This document shows positions 16,501-17,384 of a DNA stretch of 17,384 nt, piece by piece (position 1 is the first letter of the stretch; the number at the start of each line of letters is the position of its first letter). The translations under genes were made by a program, and so were the position numbers. A model generated the notes under the pieces. The model made no database searches, was not told where the DNA came from, and saw only the letters and a program-made list of their open reading frames with translations. The stretch comes from Armatimonadota bacterium (GTDB lineage Bacteria > Armatimonadota > UBA10988). The DNA lies in the NCBI GenBank assembly GCA_016235455.1, contig JACRKZ010000077.1, positions 1 through 17,384 of the forward strand, in the 5' to 3' direction.

Positions 16501-17208
16501 CCGGCCAGGCGCAGCTACAGCAGCGACCAGCGTGTGGCCGGTGTCTCACGGCCCGAAGCGCTCCTGCCCGATCATCCTGCTCTGCTGGGTCTCGGCGAGC
16601 TGCCGGAAGGTCAGCCGCCTGGCTGGTACGAAGTGGACTCCCGCGCCGACACACTCCTGGGCTTCGGTTCAGGGCGGCCGCTGCTGGTCGAAGGGCAGTA
16701 CGGCGGCGGTCGTGTGCTGATGCTGCTGGCCTCCGAGCCGTACCGTCGCCGGCTGGAGGCGTGGCCGGGCTGGCCGCGGTTCGTCACGGGCCTGCTGGCT
16801 TACGCGGCCAAGCTGCCGCACAGCCAGGCGCGCGCGCTGCTGGATACCGCCATCGTGAGGCCGCTGGGCAGCCTGCCGTCCGTGGCGCGGGCCAACGTGT
16901 CGGTCAACGGCGGCGGCGGCAACCTGAGCGTCGAAGCGGGCAGCAGCGCGACCCGCGAACTGCGTATCAGGAACGAGGGGCCGGCCCTGATGCCGCTGGT
17001 CCGGTTGGAGTTGAACGGCCTGCCCGCCGAGCTGGCCGCCACCCTCAGTACCAACGGCTTCGCCCTACGGCCCGGTGAGACGCGGGCGGTGACTATCACG
17101 GTCGAGGCACGTCGTCGCGTCAAGGCGAGCGGCACGCTGAGCGTGACCGTCGACGGCTGGGGCGTCAACCCGCAGCGCATCGACCTGCGCGTCGAGTGCG
17201 GCGGCTGA
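10585..17208 (+). CDS. Giant (~2207 aa) secreted multidomain protein: CBM9-like, alpha/beta-hydrolase (esterase/S9-like), NPCBM/NEW2, degenerate GH2 beta-mannosidase-like region, class I GATase-like insert, Ig-like domains
   Basis: GTG at 10585 lies 1 nt after the GH172 stop, with GGAG at 10571-10574, then a signal peptide (MAYLPRLTVLFALLAGLSLA). CBM9-like PVLDGDLLDW...WDRTYLY...DD...ELRVPW (~10740-11235). Hydrolase PLVMSLHG, TGGSMGG (Ser 12283), HGDADD (Asp ~12520), GVGHG (His 12616). NPCBM YLSDL...GLGIHP...FEVWGDGK...AWGEAKL (~13681-14112). GH2-like LDGRWQL...VPG...NELAVRL...GIHGEVTL, WWPTGLG.Q..Y, FNTLRV, CDQLGLMV, RNH, LNESWP (~14185-15975). GATase-like ~16300-16815. Terminal Ig-like NGFALRPGETRAVTI. 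Confidence 0.85.
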   Translation: MAYLPRLTVLFALLAGLSLADQRPASAQERLAPATWFDEARDQVPTAPCVTRRVAPVLDGDLLDWADHPNLPLGLPCQARFDANWFGRADLSARVWLAWDRTYLYAAAQMTDDRPVIAPGGDPRKGDLLRLFVGADPDAPAAGAKAIYLLPPRNGQPAVAADGDTLDPIPGADLAWKAVDRGTRLELRVPWAALPGGPPRVDDQRALAIDLADWDTDKTPDGSLVFPASLDPPKPVSAPAAPAGWQPPRVEPAPRPARLAPLAITGALGESEALLYLPACLPVGCEKSFYGDNEQVRIYALSGLPQGALARLDLWATRSAAQPFLLSRDESWSEGAVGGQTWSYQTPEKFDQSLLLVAAVRDPFDSQRAYGRLTSMGGVFDEYLAKLKALREHIMVVATEPGADARRRRYLGSVLINLEDRQRANEMWRSYLAPDDVDKLRRDVADIEAAADGALRGIDPYAGKTGQILRGYVSDIDDTLQHYAVGIPDNWVPGQRLPLVMSLHGYGSGQFQGSPAPREDGMIYLSPYGRGNGDYKLWCEEDLRTVIAACLEDYGCDPDRVYCTGGSMGGTGSWQIATMYPDLFAAIGPTMGNANHRVWEQVWGWGQRGQTFLTPFRNWLESTTSAFTYAENLRNVPAWCVHGDADDIVPVDHSRTMVRRLRGLGYQISYEEQSGVGHGGFASGTEQRQRRAMMTQVRDLWPRHVSYKTSWPRYQGAYWVRIERMTAPGKDSVIDAKVSGQKVEVTCYSVSRFALTLSDRLLDTLRPVTVSVNGMTAFSGQAPADGPLRIGIADGRWQTVQPPRGLEKNARVGGPVEHAFMSRFLLVYGTTGDRRTNLVNRLMAEQCADKWKRWGRGQPARLKADFDVDDDDVAESNLICFGSPDSNRITARVNPSLPVRFEPASETLPAGIRAGSEVFRGDDVGVKLCYPNPLNPDRYVCLFGGATWLGTWDINGRFGNWFDWGVFDDRNWSDFNIFDARTQTPETHLLTGYFDSDWKLDGGLLLRGDPKLRAQTKPRRAPDPLAGPTNDDVCYLSDLVPLRQRQEKGVLGYDQSFGGRAITLGRSTFARGLGIHPEAEMVYDIGGRFDLFDVWAGIDLEGADSVSGAREAAERVGFEVWGDGKLLADSGEMRWNTKPKHFLVRVTGVKELRLNARAMDFRKWLFGSAAWGEAKLSRTRLAAAEVTTAAPRAVPSPDRLALDGRWQLDSYGVGAGLAGGALSSAAAERTMEVPGSVAASCAALGEIPALDSDDGLRAAAGLTDREWWLRRRVDIPAAWAGRALRLRVSGATVSADLWCNGTSVGRTDGAPEGCSEFDLTDLARPGQPNELAVRLTAGPAEWSGVTWWSAPGRDKVLAPRVAWGDDGGGTCLPLGIHGEVTLEAVGQTTLGAPRVSARLLDAVPAGGEATARGMVTVTLPITSADKEPHGVPLRVWVRRPGEPPVEVTCNVLVDPVANEPARFSFEMPAVLPWWPTGLGTQSTYRLTVAVDGALPADDVRETTFAFRQVSVAGEQLLVNGQPWSPRMVRWRPIDRFLRPARQRTEQLLRAALDAGFNTLRVESGALWASRELLDRCDQLGLMVLAELPLSGDIGPLGDDLARAAAGGWAGLLRNHACRLGYVLGTDVGDSGDCAFRLAAAGRRLEDLDPDGLVVAPTRSASGLAAWNWSTLGVARRGLTAHVCQVALATAPPADGSALGSALADPAAVELWPLSDAWRRRGGSDDDVRAALTRLGPADDIGDLAQRLGWWQAESARRQLTGWTRGMLSVDTLNESWPRVGGALIDFQGAPRAALDLLRTRLRARAAWSEPSAEALSIGETLSTRLHADEAVPAEATVRCRLQGLDGKVWAECSYAAAELDAARLVWQPASGTPSGAYLLVTEVLGGDAPADVAPLTLRADPAIARLAVATVGTELPPVPGLVSDARAAKVWWAGGSLADQGAEMERAVQAGAGVVFDGYPSLPYGSELDKALPARRSYSSDQRVAGVSRPEALLPDHPALLGLGELPEGQPPGWYEVDSRADTLLGFGSGRPLLVEGQYGGGRVLMLLASEPYRRRLEAWPGWPRFVTGLLAYAAKLPHSQARALLDTAIVRPLGSLPSVARANVSVNGGGGNLSVEAGSSATRELRIRNEGPALMPLVRLELNGLPAELAATLSTNGFALRPGETRAVTITVEARRRVKASGTLSVTVDGWGVNPQRIDLRVECGG

Positions 17209-17220
17209 GCGCGGCCGCTA

Positions 17221-17384
17221 GAGCCTGTCATGCACTTGCCATCGCAGCCAGCACGGGCGCGGCCCGTGACAGCATCAACAGGCTGAAGGCCACGAAGTGG
17301 AGCCCGGCCAACGTGGAGGCCAGCCGTTCGTAGTCACGCGCCAGGCGCCGGAAGCGGGCCAGCCAGGCGAAGCTGCGCTCGACC
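17221..17384 (-). mobile_element. Right end of an IS5-family insertion sequence (partial)
   Basis: The transposase stop (17228-17230) sits inside a probable terminal inverted repeat starting GAGCCTGTCATGCAC at 17221, preceded by CTA (forming CTAG), typical of IS5-subgroup ends and targets. The partner repeat is outside the window, so the boundary is inferred. Confidence 0.75.
17228..17383 (-). CDS. IS5-family DDE transposase, C-terminal 51 aa (5' part lies outside the window)
   Basis: Manual translation of the minus strand: [51 protein letters not shown]. This is the characteristic C-terminus of IS5-family (IS1031/IS427-type) transposases, with the catalytic Glu in VER. Absent from the ORF track. 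Confidence 0.9.
   Translation of the reverse strand, partial: VERSFAWLARFRRLARDYERLASTLAGLHFVAFSLLMLSRAAPVLAAMASA

Noticed and set aside
1-17384. CRISPR arrays, tRNA/rRNA genes, riboswitches, tandem repeats, defence or phage genes
   Set aside because: No regularly spaced repeats or RNA-gene signatures were seen by eye, all intergenic gaps are under ~135 bp, and no ORF shows nuclease, reverse transcriptase or phage motifs. An Infernal/Rfam scan would be needed to exclude small RNAs.

Overview
GC-rich bacterial window with nine protein-coding genes plus the end of an IS element. Left to right: the 3' part of a DedA-family membrane protein; a secreted PHP-type (CehA/McbA-like) metallohydrolase; a minus-strand run of a CHASE4-HAMP-PAS hybrid histidine kinase, a divergent acetate kinase and a divergent alanine racemase-like enzyme; a YhcH/DUF386 protein transcribed from a strikingly symmetric divergent promoter region; a secreted sialate O-acetylesterase (SASA) family protein with an extra C-terminal domain; a GH172/DUF2961 glycosidase; and, directly behind it, a ~2207-aa secreted multidomain protein. 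That protein reads CBM9-like, alpha/beta-hydrolase with an intact Ser-Asp-His triad, NPCBM, a beta-mannosidase-type GH2 whose two catalytic glutamates appear replaced, a GATase-like insert and Ig-like domains. The window ends in the 3' end and terminal repeat of an IS5-family element that the ORF track missed. The best candidate for an undescribed system is the SASA / GH172 / giant esterase-pseudoGH2 locus; the divergent ackA-alr pair is second. All domain calls come from motif recognition by eye, not from database searches.
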